Shown here in pieces: positions 1 to 12,556 of a stretch of 64,000 bases of DNA. The notes beneath the pieces are model-generated. The model did not search any database. It saw only the letters and a list, made by a program, of their open reading frames with translations, and was not told the DNA's origin. Positions within the stretch are counted from its first letter, which is position 1, and each line of letters starts with the position of its first letter. This DNA is from Podarcis muralis. Taxonomy: Eukaryota. The position numbers and the translations under genes were made by a program. The stretch is taken from the NCBI RefSeq assembly GCF_964188315.1, contig NC_135661.1:51770001-51834000 (forward strand), written 5' to 3'.

Positions 1-1027
1 TAAGGCATTGCAAGGTCTAAGTAAGGTGAATGATGTGGCTGCCTTATTCTGGTTACAGGTGGCTGAGCTGTAAAAAGTTAGAAAATATGGTTGCAGTAAT
101 CCAGGTGGTCAGAATGTTCTGGATTGGTTTTGCCAAAAAACAAAGGTTTTGACATGTTATAGTAGGTACATTCCAGAGGAAACATGTGGTATTTGAGTCT
201 TATCTGAGAGACTTGTGGCTGCATTTTGCTACCTTAAACAAGCTTGAGATGGTCATCATGACACTACCAAACTTCATGGTGGGGAAAACTGAGTGTTTCT
301 TGAGTGAATGAGTAAATGAAATAAAATCCTACTTGAAGTGGTTTTCTGGAGAAAACCAGTGGAACTTGATTGAGAGAGACTGTAAGACTAAAATGTTGAG
401 CAGGTGCCCAAGAGCTTGGTGTATTTAGAATTCTAACTATTTTCTTGCACAACTTGCCTGTTTTGTATCACTTTACAAAATACTTAGTAATTTAACCAGC
501 TTTCAGTTCTGTTTGTTTATAAATCTGCAGCAGTGAGTGTTATCATAAATGGAGAACAAAGCACAGCCATGAAGATGTTGGGCATTTGGTTAGATCATCA
601 TAATTTACGTAACATATGGACTTATTTATCTCTTAATTTTTAGTGTTCCTTATTTTGTCTATAACGAATACAGTAAGCTTTCATGTCTTGCCTCAAATCA
701 TTGCAGAATAAAAGTTATGTTTATATGAGATAAGGATTGTTTGTGTTTAAAAAACTGTTTGAAAATGAAACTGACAGATACAGTTGAGGCAATTATAATT
801 AACTGAAGTTATGAGCCAGTTAATAGAATGGTTGAATTTTGGAACTGGTTATTGGGATTCAAATCCCAGTTCAGCCTTGAATCTTGGAGCAAGTTATTTC
901 TTCCAAGCTTTGGTTTTTCTATAATTGTAGTGACTGATTTCCTAGTTGTGTGGGGTGCACACTAAAGTTGGTATAGACACAAGTACCGTATTGAATGCAT
1001 TAGTCTGGTTTATACATCACACTAAAC

Positions 1028-1164
1028 CAGGCATGGCCAAACTTGGCCCTCCAGCTGTTTTTTGGACTACAACTCCAATCATCCCTAACTAACAGGACCA
1101 GTGGTCTGGGATGATGGGAACTGTAGTTCAAAAACAGCTGGAGGGCCAAGTTTGGCCATGCCTG
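1028..1164. mobile_element. hAT-type palindromic MITE (~137 bp)
   Basis: Long terminal inverted repeats CAGGCATGGCCAAACTTGGCCCTCCAGCTGTTTT, with 8-bp TSD cactaaac/cactaagc. Confidence 0.8.
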
Positions 1165-1362
1165 CACTAAGCCAAAGGTAAACCATAGAGAGGTGATATG
1201 CATAACTTGTAAGCCAAACTATGACTTAGCAAGGTCATGTGATCCACTTTGCTCCTTCCAAGTTCTTTTTACTGTTGCACTGCACTGAAATAAGCTAAGG
1301 TTTGGCTTGACATGTTGGCATGTTGTCCGAAAAAGGGCTTGTGGCTAAGCGTTCACCTCATT

Positions 1363-1491
1363 CAGTGCTATTTTTCTGGAAAAAGAGGTACTCATCATGA
1401 ACGCCTCCCTTGTTCTCTTTAATGGCAATGGCACCCACCTGAGAAGTGCCAGAACTGAATTCCAGTGAGTTCCGGATGAAAAAAAGCCCTG
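1363..1491. mobile_element. Short hAT-type non-autonomous element
   Basis: Termini CAGTGCTATTTTT...AAAAAAAGCCCTG, with 8-bp TSD acctcatt/acctcact. Confidence 0.65.
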
Positions 1492-2881
1492 ACCTCACTA
1501 ATCATGAGCTGTTTGTAGGGGAACTTAGGAGAAATTTGTTGAGAGAGTTGTTGGCATACCCTAGGGGTGGGTATCTTAGCTGAGGTGTTTTTCTTGCTTT
1601 TAAAACATGTTGACAAGCACTGTATTCATTTGTGTAGTTGTGACTTGCAATATGTGCAGGCATGACTTGCCAAATGCTAGTAAAAGGCACCTTTTAAACA
1701 ATTAAAAATTGGGTAATGTAGTGAAAGCCATACATAATGGAGAATAATCACTTGAACTTTCTGTTTAAATTTTCATGTCTTCTCTGCACCATAGATGTAC
1801 AGTGAATGTGTTATTTTTTTTTGAGGGGGACTTCAGAGAGGTTCAGTTTGTTAGTTGAGGACAGAACAGAAGTTGCTTTAAGGTTTCATCACCATGTGTC
1901 ACAGCTGTAAAGCAAAGGCTGTAGGTTGAGGAATTGGGCAGGGAAAGGATCCTGTTACTAGGCAGACTTAGCAGCAATGTCATATTTTCTGGCACAGACA
2001 GTGAGAGCAGTTTCATTTTTCATCTGCTCTTGGCTAGCATCTCTGTAGCTTGGAGGGTAAATTGGGCAGGACAAGCAAACCACACATATAACATGTCCCA
2101 GTTCATACATAATGCTAAACAACAATTAAGGTTATTAAGCCAAGAGCATCCCATGGATTCTTATTTTCCAACAGACCATAATTAATAAACCATAGTCAAG
2201 ATGCTGGGTTGGGTTTTCATTTAACACCAAATCATGGTTTAACATTATGTGTGAATCAGGCCAATGTGTAGGTGGTTTCTTTGGACTCAATATTCTCAGA
2301 AAATACTATTGTGGAAGGAGAAGCATATCTCACATGGAGCACATCCAACTAAGGGAGATGCCGATGTACTTTAATAGTTGTCAGCGTTTGTTGCTCCTCC
2401 AAGGTATCTTCTAAGGTTATAGTATATCTTACATTATAAAAACAGTTACTTGATCATGCAGTTCAATGTGAGTTTGTCATGTCTGGGCTCAAACGTGTGG
2501 AGGAGAGGACAATTTGCTTTTATATGGCAGTTTAATTACTGTGTTAGCTTCTGTGATAATGCCAAAACAGTAGGCTTCTGGATTCTTGTCTAGAGACTGT
2601 ATAGTAATATTGGCATTGTCTAAATTTATTTGATAATGTTTTCCCATTCCATTCACCCTCATTAGTACAAGAATCTAGAAAATCACAATGAATAACTGAA
2701 ATACTTGGTGTGACCTTATACAGAATGATGACAGCAAAGCTTTTGTCATCCTTGAGTAAAGTCTGTGATATATGCCAGTTAAAGGATAGCTATAATATTA
2801 AATGTGGGATTAATTGTTGAGACTTGTTGGTCATACATAAGATAGGCTTCTGGTTAGTATTTTTACTGCTGATGTTTATAT

Positions 2882-3001
2882 CAGGTGTGGGGAAGCATCC
2901 AAGTGTTGAAGTACAACTCTCTGGCCATTGGCCATGCTTGTTGTCGGTGATGGGAGTTACAGTTTAGCAGTATCTGGAGGGCTGAAGGTTCCCCATACCT
3001 G
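2882..3001. mobile_element. hAT-type MITE, same superfamily as 1028-1164
   Basis: CAGGTGTGGGGAA...TTCCCCATACCTG termini, with perfect 8-bp TSD gtttatat. Confidence 0.8.
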
Positions 3002-5161
3002 GTTTATATGAAGTCTGCATTAGCTTTTGTGCTCAGTGATTCAGTTACATATATGCACAATATAGGCAACGAGTGATTTAGGTGTGTCCAGTATGTGCTT
3101 GACTTCGCACAATGCGCAGCACACTGAACTTGGAGATGACCTGAAAACCTTTCAAAAACATCACAGAAGGGATAGAACAGGGTGAGGGCAGGGATGGGAC
3201 AGGGCAGCCTTACGGAGGCCCCACCGACATATGTGCTTCCAGAATGTAACCCCCATGTAAATTGGTTGCCTGTATTACATATTGTCTAGGTCAGGCTTTA
3301 TTGCTTTAATAGCAGTCTGTGCTGTGAAGTTGAATTAGCCTAATGCTGGTGTGCCATCACCGACAAAAGGTCATTTGGCATGTGTATATACAAACAATGG
3401 AAAGCTCAACTTGGCATTTCTCTGACACTGGATTAGTGCAGAGATTATTGTCCTAAAAGGCCATGTCCCTTAGTTGTGCAATTCCTATATGGACAGCACC
3501 TCTTTGTAGACCAGAGTTGGAGAAGCTTTAGGCTTCCAGATATGGTTGGACTCGAACTCCCATAATTGCTGACAATTGATCATGGTGGCTGGTGTTGATG
3601 GGTGTTGGGAGTCCCACAACATACAGGAAGCCACAGGTTCCTCGTCCCTGGTGTGGGCCATAGTATGTGAGTGGCAATTTTACATGTGTGTGTGTTTCAA
3701 CATGTGTATACACAGTGGGGAAGGCAGGAAGATTCTGACCAAGTATATCTGACCGAAGTCCCCACATATAAGGGCATTTGCCCATGGTCTCTATTCAAAG
3801 TTTCATATTCATTCTCATACAGAATAGCATTCTGTTTTAAGAACTCTGCAATGTATTAAGTGCCCTTAAATATACTGTGAATCTGCTGCTGCTGTGTAGA
3901 TTATGTTCTCTAATGAGAAAACATCAGTTTGTTTAAAAATGCATGAGGTTTGGTGCTCATTTTGTTGTAGCCACATTTTAAACATGCATTTGTTGGCCTT
4001 TGTGCTGGAAAGGGTAGCTGTATAAACCAGTTAGACCTTTTTTGGGTCAAGATATACTAGAAGGAGGAATATTGCAAATCTTGGTCTCAAACAAAGCTAC
4101 AGGCACATTTAGCATTTACACTATACAAGTGAGAAATGTGTCAAACAATGTTGAACCAGCAATTGTATTGTTTGTTTAGCAGCAGCAATGACATTCTGCT
4201 TGTATTGTAAATCAACACTATCGTTTGAATCTTTTGTTCACAAATGTCTGTTTCACTGAACTGTAAAGTTATAGGCCCTGTTTCAATGTGATGCAAAAGC
4301 ATATTTTAGTAGTACAAGGCCTTCTTCAACAACAGATTCCTTTATTCCTGCTGTTTCTGGTTGGGGCTGCAAGGAAGGGATTGAAAGCATCACCTTCCTA
4401 GTTTAAACTAATGCTGGCAGTAAGTAATGAATCAAATTATGTATAGACTTCAACAAAAGATATGAAGATAATATTCCCAGCTGATGATATACTTCTAAGC
4501 AAAGCTGCTTTTTCTTTTTTTTCCGAAAGATGATGCCCAGCTTTAGTATGACCTTCAATAATTGAAGTACTTCTGTTGCCATTTGTGTGATCTGCGCTAT
4601 GTGCTGAGATCCTTTAGAAGTAAAATGTGAAGTACAGTACAGTTAGGCTGCTAGGTTTTTTTAACCATTGTTTGAAAGAACACACACAGAAAATGAATGT
4701 GCATGAATCTGGTACATGTGGTTTGGAAAGGATAGGCTGCTTGTTTTTTGTTTTTAAATAGTGTAGTGAGTATTGTCTGCCTTCAGGGATAGGGCAGCTT
4801 GTCTAAATAAAATAAGCATACTGAAGGAAGAAGCTCTTTTTCTGTAGAATTCAAATTTTACAGGAAGCTAACAAATTTGGTACACATCTGATGTTACCTT
4901 TTTATTAATGAATCAGACTTTTTTTTAAAAAAAGTTGAATGAATTTTTGTAATGATTTGGTCATATTATATTAATTTTATCTCTTGTGTCTTTATTTTAT
5001 ATTGCTCTCTTAGTATTTTGAAATGTTATCTGTTTTGGACACTTTGTTGAAGAAGGGTAATGGAATTGCTAGAAATGTCAGCGTAATGAAAAATTCCTAA
5101 AACAAAATATTTAAATAGTTTACCAAGTTACAATAACTGCACTTCAATGTCTGTCTTTCAG

Positions 5162-6284
5162 ATCTTGAACCTGATGACTGTGCTTCTGTGTGCATCTTCA
5201 GTGTAGATCATTCATCATCTGTAAATCATCCTATTTGTATCCCTTGTCATGGATTTCAGTCACATCATTCTCCTTTGTCTTCGCCTACTAGACTGCAGGG
5301 TCATAAAAGCTATGAAGGAATGTGTGAAGTACCACAATCCAAGTACAGTGCACTAGGTGGTCCTAAGACATTTGAGTGTCCTAGCATTCAAATTACATCT
5401 ATTTCTCCTAACTGTCATCAAGGAATAGAAGCCAGTGAAAATGAATTGCACACAAATGGCCCTCAAAATGAATATATGGAAAGGCCTTCAAGGGACCATT
5501 TGTATCTTCCTCTTGAGCCATCTTACAGGGACTCGTCCCTTAGCCCAAGTCCTGCCAGCAGCATTTCCTCCCGAAGCTGGTTCTCGGATGCCTCCTCTTG
5601 TGAGTCGATTTCTCATATTTATGATGATGTGGATTCAGAACTGAATGAAGCTGCTGCTCGATTTACCCTTGGATCACCTTTGGCATCTCCTGGAGGTTCT
5701 CCAAGGGGCTGTCCAGTGGATGAACCCTGGCAACAATCTTATGGATTTGGGCATGCCTTGTCACCTAGACAATCTCCTTGTCATTCTCCTAGGACTAGTA
5801 TCACAGATGAAAATTGGCTTAGCCCTAGGCCAACCTCAAGACCATCATCGCGACCTACATCACCGTGTGGGAAACGGCGACATTCTAGTGCTGAGATCTG
5901 TTATGTTGGTTCACTTTCTCCTCACCATTCTCCAACTCCCTCTCCAGGACATTCTCCTAGGGGAAGTATAACTGAAGACACATGGCTAAATTCTTCTCTT
6001 CATGGTCTGACTCCTGGCCTTTCACCTTTTCAGTGTTGTGCAGAGACTGACATCCCTCTTAAAACACGAAAGACCTCTGAGGATCAAACTGCCATTATAT
6101 CAGGAAAAATAGAGCTTTGTTCTGAAGAACAGGGTAGTTTATCACCATCACTTGAAACAGCAATAGATGATAGCTCTGGAGCCCAGCATATGTTAAAAAA
6201 AGACTTGTCTGGTGACCAATTTCTTTCTGTTCCTTCACACTTCACCTGGAACAAACCAAAGCCTGGCCATACTCCTATCTTTCG
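5162..6284 (+). CDS. NFATC3: NFATC3 exon 2 (regulatory NFAT homology region)
   Basis: Acceptor tttcag|AT at 5160-5161 and donor CG|gtaagt at 6285. Encodes DLEPDDCAS...PSIQIT (5380-5397)...[11 protein letters not shown]...CGKRRHS...DQFLSVP...[11 protein letters not shown]. Confidence 0.97.
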
Positions 6285-6845
6285 GTAAGTAATTGTGGGA
6301 AATGGACTACTTGTGCTGTTGTCTTTACATGTACATATGACTAGAAGTTGATACACTTTAATACAAGATAGTAAGTCTCTTTAGGCAGTTGTATTCCTAA
6401 GGTATTTTGTTGAAAACAAATCACCTAGTGCCTGAACATTATATTTCCTCACAAATTACAACTAAATAACTTGTAAATCATTGAATACGTGTAGAGGTAA
6501 TTTGGCCTAGACACAGACCTCATTCAAGCATAGTGCTAAGCTATTTTAAGTTTCACTTCCAGTTTTAACTGTTCGAACATGGATAAACTGGTCAATCTGA
6601 ACTATGGTTTAGGGAAACAAATCTAGCCATGGTTAATTTTTTCCCCATGGCTTATTTCCCCAGGCTATGGTGAAAATTAGTTAAGATAAATCAGTTTTGA
6701 TTTGGATATAACAATAAATTGCAAACACTTAAAAATGAAAGTAAAAGTTCCTGATCTCTTTGCAGCCTTGCCAGAGAATTAGAGACTAATAAAGAGGGCA
6801 GGAAGAGACACAAGCCCATAGTTTAGTGTTGTAAAAAAGGCAAAA

Positions 6846-7030
6846 AGGTAAAGGACCCAAGGATGGTTAAGTCCAGTCAAAGGCAACTGTGGGGTTGCAG
6901 CACTCATCTCGCTTTCAGGCCGAGGGAGCCGGCATTTGTCCACAGACAGCTTTCTGGGTCATGTGGCCAGCATGACTAAACTGCTTCTGGTGCAACGGAA
7001 CACTGTGTATCCAAAGTAAACCACAATGAC
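6846..7030 (-). mobile_element. Sauria SINE, partial (3' part)
   Basis: Shares aaggtaaaggaccc...ggttaagtccagtc...ggggttgc...catctcgcttt...ccgagggagccg...gtcatgtggccagcatgactaa with the full copies at 9226 and 19054. Confidence 0.8.
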
Positions 7031-8900
7031 CCAGTTCACATGACATGGTGAGCCAAAACTATGGCTTAGCATGACTATGCAAACATGGACTTCCAGAGAG
7101 AAGCTTGCAAATTGACACGCTGGTTGGAGCTGATGGTTGTTGGAGTCCAACAATATCTGGAGGACCACAGGTTGCCCAATCCTGCTCTGTACCCTTCCAA
7201 GCTGTAAACAAGAAAGTACATATGCTGCTGTTATGGTACTATACTCTGTTCTTTGCTAGATGTTCTACAGATGTGGTGTAGAAACAGATAGGAATTTCAC
7301 CTCTTATCTCTCCCCCTCCCCCTTTTCTCCACCAGAATGTAGCATGTTCAGAATCTTATGATCAAAGTACGGCACATCCAAACCATACATTTAAAGCACA
7401 TTTAACACATATTTCAAGCACATGGCTTTCCCCCAATAACCCCAGGAACTGTAGTTTATTAAGGGTGTTGGGAATTGTTGTTCTGTGAGGGGTAAACTAT
7501 AGTTTCCTCAGGATTCTTTTTTTGGGGACCCCCCCCCCTCAATGGTTAACACAGCACACTTTAGGTCTTTCCAATATTCAGCTGAGCAGCTACACAAATA
7601 TATCCAATTAGGGACGTGAAATGACAAGCCCCCTTGTTGTTTTGAACAGTGTTTAGCAGGGCCAGTTCCAAGAGATTTCAGAAGTTGCTGTCCAGACATT
7701 TTAGTAATTCAGCAAAGTCCAAAACTGCAGCACTTTTTCATAACCCTGGTTCCCAGTATCCTCTCCATCATATTATTGAATTAGATATCTTCATTTGAAA
7801 CAGTCTCATACACATCATAGACCATTTTTGCACAAATTTTAATGTTTGCTCCCTCCTACTAGATGATATGGATTTAAATGGGAATGTTAGTCACATAGAA
7901 TTCTAACAACTGCCTTCAATCAAAATATTATTCTCTTACTCTCACATACATTAAAGGCCCTCTGCAGTGCCCATATCAATGTTTAAAAGTAGTTATTTGC
8001 ATTGCCACATTTTTCCTTGGTTGGTTGCTTTTTTCAGATAATTTCATCTGGTCCATTGAAATTGATGGACAAGGCTAACTTGGGTACATTAATTTCAGTG
8101 GGTTTATTCCAAGGAGAATTTAGTTGGATACAGCCCACAGAGTTTATGTTGGGTATGTTGAACCCACTCTTCTCCTTTAGATCTCCCTGATAGAAAAATG
8201 AGAGTGCTTTAAATAATGCGTACCCATTTCCCTTCTTTTATCAGTGCAGTGGAACGAATTGGGTATTATTACTTAACATTTGTTTACTAGCCAGATGTCT
8301 GAAATCAGAAGGCTTTTTTAGATTTACTCTGATTTTGAATTAGCAATTCAACAATACTTTAATCCTTTTAGGGTTATCAGTCATGGGTTATCAGCCATAG
8401 CCATTGGTGACTGCCTAAACAGAAACAAAGTATATCTTAACTGTGTATTGCTCAGTAACATTAGAAACTAAGCTATACAGTATTAAATAAACAAAGCCTT
8501 CAAATATATTTGTTGACCTGGGAATAAATGTCCCCATAAATTCAGCAGGTACCTTTGAAGTTATTAGGTGTTAGAAGAATAAACAGCTTAATGTTTACGC
8601 ACCGTCTAATGGATCTTTAAAAATGCAGTTACATTTAAGAAGTTAACACAGGTGCGTGTGTTTGCCCTGTGGTGTTCCGATTTTCAGTCTTTTAGCAGTG
8701 GCAAACATTCTGACACCAGTTTAAATAAACTTTGGTGCTCTTAAGCATTAGCGTTGGATCCTGAAACCACAATTGCTTTGCATTTTCCTAGGAACTGGAG
8801 CCAGAAAGACAAACTTACTGGCTGTTGGAGCATCCAAACTTCCCTAAATAAATCTCCATGTTCAATTACCAATGTAATAGTGGAAGATAACCTACACATA

Positions 8901-9126
8901 CAGTGGTACCTTGGGTTAAGAACTTAATTCGTTCTGGAGATGCGTTCTTAACCTGAAACGGTTCTTAACCTGAGGTACCACTTTAGCTAATGGGGCCTCC
9001 TGCTGCCGCCACGCCGCTGCTGTGCAATTTCTGTTCTCATCCTGAAGCAAAGTTCTTAACCCGAGCTACTATTTCTGGGTTAGTGGAGTCTGTAACCTGA
9101 AGCGTCTGTAACCCGAGGTACCACTG
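8901..9126. mobile_element. Tc1/mariner-pogo (Tigger-like) MITE
   Basis: TIRs CAGTGGTACCT(T/C)GGGTTA...TAACCCGAGGTACCACTG, flanked by TA dinucleotides. Confidence 0.82.
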
Positions 9127-9225
9127 TACTTGATTCTTCAAAATTGTGTAGTGCAAGGTCAGAGGCAAAAGAGAGAGGAAAAAACCTTGAAATGAACAGT
9201 ATAGGCTAAGGCAACATTTGCTATA

Positions 9226-9589
9226 TAAAGGTAAAGGACCCCTGACAGTTAAGTCCAGTCGCGGACCACTCTGGGGTTGCGGTGCTCATCTTGCTTTACT
9301 GACCGAGGGAGCCGATGTTTGTCCGCAAACAGTTTTTCCGGTTATGTGGCCAGCATGACTAAGCCGCTTCTGGCGAAACCAGGGCAGTGCACAGAAACGC
9401 CGTTTACCTTCCCGCTGGAGTGGTACCTATTTATCTACTTGCACTTTGACGTGCTTTCAAACTGTTAGGTTGGCTGGAGTTGGGACTGAGCAATGGGAGC
9501 TCACCCCGTCGCAGGGATTCAAACTGCCGACCTTACGATCGGCAAGCCCTAGGCTCAGTGGTTTAGACCACAGTGCCACCACGCATCCC
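9226..9589 (-). mobile_element. Sauria SINE, full length
   Basis: tRNA-like head at the 9589 end and (ACCTTT)n-type tail at the 9226 end. 13-bp TSD aacatttgctata at 9213-9225 and 9590-9602. Confidence 0.88.
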
Positions 9590-11889
9590 AACATTTGCTA
9601 TACTTTGTGTAAATAGGTTTGGGGCAATTGATGCTATTTGCCTAAGAGCAGCTAGTAGCCTGACATGCAGTTTGACAAAAGAACTTAGGTTTAACAATAT
9701 TGCCCCTTGGAACAGGAAGCCTGTTTCTCAAGGTTAGAGCTGTAAAATAGAAAGAGTTTTGTGGCTGATCACTCTGCTCTTTGCCCACTTGCATGTTAAA
9801 GCAGTACACACTTTCTGCATTAGCTTTGCAATGCTTCTCTTGCTTGGTATTCCTTAGCCAGTTCTGCCATAGATACTGGGCACTGGTAACTGCTGTGCTA
9901 TCAGACAAACAAATATTTAAGTAATAACCATAAAGAATTCAATTAAGCCTGTCATAGTCAAGTTGAACTACAGTGTATGTGTCATTAGTGTTTTAAGTAG
10001 GCAAATGAGATTCTATGTTCAGATGCTGGATTTACTAAGTGGTTTCCATTTTTTATATGGTATACTTGGACTAGTTTTAGTCGCAAATAATTTTTCTGTC
10101 TTGGAGCAGTCAGCTGGGTAACTTTGAGGTGGTGGTGTATATTTGTTTCGTTTTTCATAAATGAGATCAATTTAGTGTAGCATTCTTAATAGTACATTGA
10201 CCTCTCACTGCAAGCGTCTCTTGATGGTGGGATATGAGAAATACTAATAAGCAAAAAAGGTTTTTGGGTAATATTCTCCCTAATGAACATTTAAAAAATC
10301 TGCATCTTTTCTCTGATAGTTTGTTTACTCAAAAATACATTGCTAGCAGATATGCTTTTTACCTTGCTCCCCTCTACTTATTTAAAGTTTAGCTCTTATT
10401 TTGAGTAATGCTGACATTTCTTCTGGTATTTTTGTAGGAATTCTCAGTGCTTCATTCTCTTTCCTCTAATGTTAGAGGAGAAAATAATAGTGAATAAAGT
10501 GTATGCATTTAATTATAATACAGCTGCTATTATTGTCTGCTATTGACAGAGCAGTTGCCAACAAGTGGTGATCGTTCTAATAAGAACTCTCATGATTTCT
10601 ATCAAGTTTGATAATACTATATTTGTATTATTTATTCATATATGCCCTTGCAGCTTGGGTGAACAAATTCACCTAAGTTTACAAGAAATGCATGCTTTCC
10701 TCCTTGGTTTTTCATCTTCTGAAACATGGAAAAAGGTGGATGGTAAGATGACTTAGCTAATTAAGGGTTCTGCTTCTAACCTGGAAAAGGCTGCATGGAT
10801 TGCATTAAGTTAGGAGGACAGCACTTAATTATGGAAGGTGATCTTAAGTAATCCAGACATCTATCAAAGAAAGCTATCTATTGAGAAAGAGGCAGTCTTG
10901 GCCATATTCAGTAGGCTAGGGTTTGCAGGTGTCTGTTAATGCTCCAGAGGAAAGCTTAGGCAATCGCTGTATTACAAGCAGCAGTCTTTCCATGACTTCA
11001 GAAATGTGAGTTTACAGCCTGGCTAATGAATATTTTGGAATAATGCAAAAGTTTATTGTGGGGAGGGGGCTCAATTACCATAGTTATTGGCTTTGTAGTA
11101 TTATACTTCATTGAAGAATGAATTTCAGATTAAGATTAATGTTAGCCTTAATAAGAATTATGGTTCTGAATGCAAGCTTAACTGCTCATGATGGCCACAT
11201 TGTATTTAAACAGTTTAAAGTAAATAACTTTTAAAATTTGATCCTGCTATGTTTGTTTGATCCTGCTTAGACTTCTGTTTTGTTTTGTTAGCCAATCTTT
11301 TATTTATAATGCTACAATAAAGATAAGTAAGAATCCCTCTATGGCTGCTAATAACATTTAAAAATTGTTTAAACATCTTGAAAGACCAGTAACAATAGAA
11401 AGCCCATATATGCATTCCTTAGACTGAATGATCAGGGGTTTTTTAAATAGATCTTTTAATGTATTTAAATAAGAACCTAAACTTCAATAACGCATAAGAA
11501 CAAAGAAGAAGAAAAAGGAAAACAAAACTGAGTGAAAACGAAAATTAAACTTGTACACAAATAGTACAAACTTGGGTTGCTTCATTCACATTCCCTGGAA
11601 AAACCTATTATTGGTGTTGGGGTAGTAATATTTTTAAAAATACTTGTTTTATTTTTAAATATCAGGATATTTTCTTTGAATGATCACATAGTTGGGCTCA
11701 AACTGTTCCACTCTTCTGATCAACTCAAGAAGTGAAATCTGTCCCAAGTAGGCCTCTCTCATAATTCTTAGTGGGTGAAATGGTTAATATGAAAGGAAGT
11801 GCTGGCTATGATATGCTGGACTAAAATATATGTTTTGGATGGGATCGTTGTTCTCTTTTACCAAGCACACAGCTTTGGGTGCACCATAT

Positions 11890-11999
11890 GTGGAATGGTG
11901 AGGGAGAAAGGGGACACTCACCTAGCCAGCCAGATCAACTGAATTAACCCTGGTAATCAGTGCAGTGAAAGATGTCATAGCCAGATGGCTCTCACATCC
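11890..11999 (-). pseudogene. 7SK snRNA-derived pseudogene (first ~110 nt of 7SK), antisense in NFATC3 intron 2
   Basis: The reverse complement GGATGTGAGAGCCATCTGGCTATGACATC...GTTGATCTGGCTGGCTAGGTGAGTGTCCCCTTTCTCCCTCACC aligns without gaps to the recalled human 7SK 5' end (about 91/110 identical by hand), starting at 7SK nt 1. Confidence 0.88.
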
Positions 12000-12393
12000 G
12001 ACCAAAGGATACAGGGCTTCTGTTAAGGGTTGGTTTTTTGAGTTAAATTTTGCAGAAGAGATTGGGTGAGGACTTCTGCATGCAGTGAAGGTTTATGAAA
12101 ATGCAACAAATGTCACTTTTGCACATGGTAGTCTCTCCTCATTCATACTATGTCCTTTCCATGGTGGCAATTGCCTTATAATTGACCACATTACCCTTGT
12201 CCAATGGTGGACAAGGTCCACCATTGCATGAAATATTTTACTGTATTCAATAGATTTTTATTCTGTTTGATTTTTGTATGCTCACTTTTATTACTGTATT
12301 TGTAGTGCTTGCTGCCCTTGGCACTGTTTAGGAGTTGAAAGTGCAGGGTATAAATGTATTAAATAATGAAATCTGTTCACTTCTTGTTTTTAG

Positions 12394-12556
12394 CACATCT
12401 TCGTTGCCTCCCCTAGACTGGCCTTTGCCTACTCAATATGGACAGTGTGAATTGAAAATAGAAGTGCAACCAAAAACTCATCATAGAGCACATTATGAAA
12501 CAGAAGGCAGTAGAGGAGCAGTAAAAGCATCAACTGGTGGCCATCCTGTAGTGAAG
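12394..12556 (+). CDS. NFATC3: NFATC3 exon 3 (start of Rel homology domain)
   Basis: ttttag|C acceptor and AAG|gtaaaa donor. Encodes [12 protein letters not shown]...[26 protein letters not shown]. Confidence 0.97.

Noticed and set aside
1-5161. NFATC3 exon 1 or promoter
   Set aside because: No CpG island and no MTTAN...ELDFKLVFGE-type coding sequence. This is intron 1, and exon 1 lies outside the window.
5435-6356. Overlapping alternative-frame and antisense ORFs within NFATC3 exon 2 (similarly in exon 9)
   Set aside because: Shadow ORFs expected within long coding exons; no motifs or start context.
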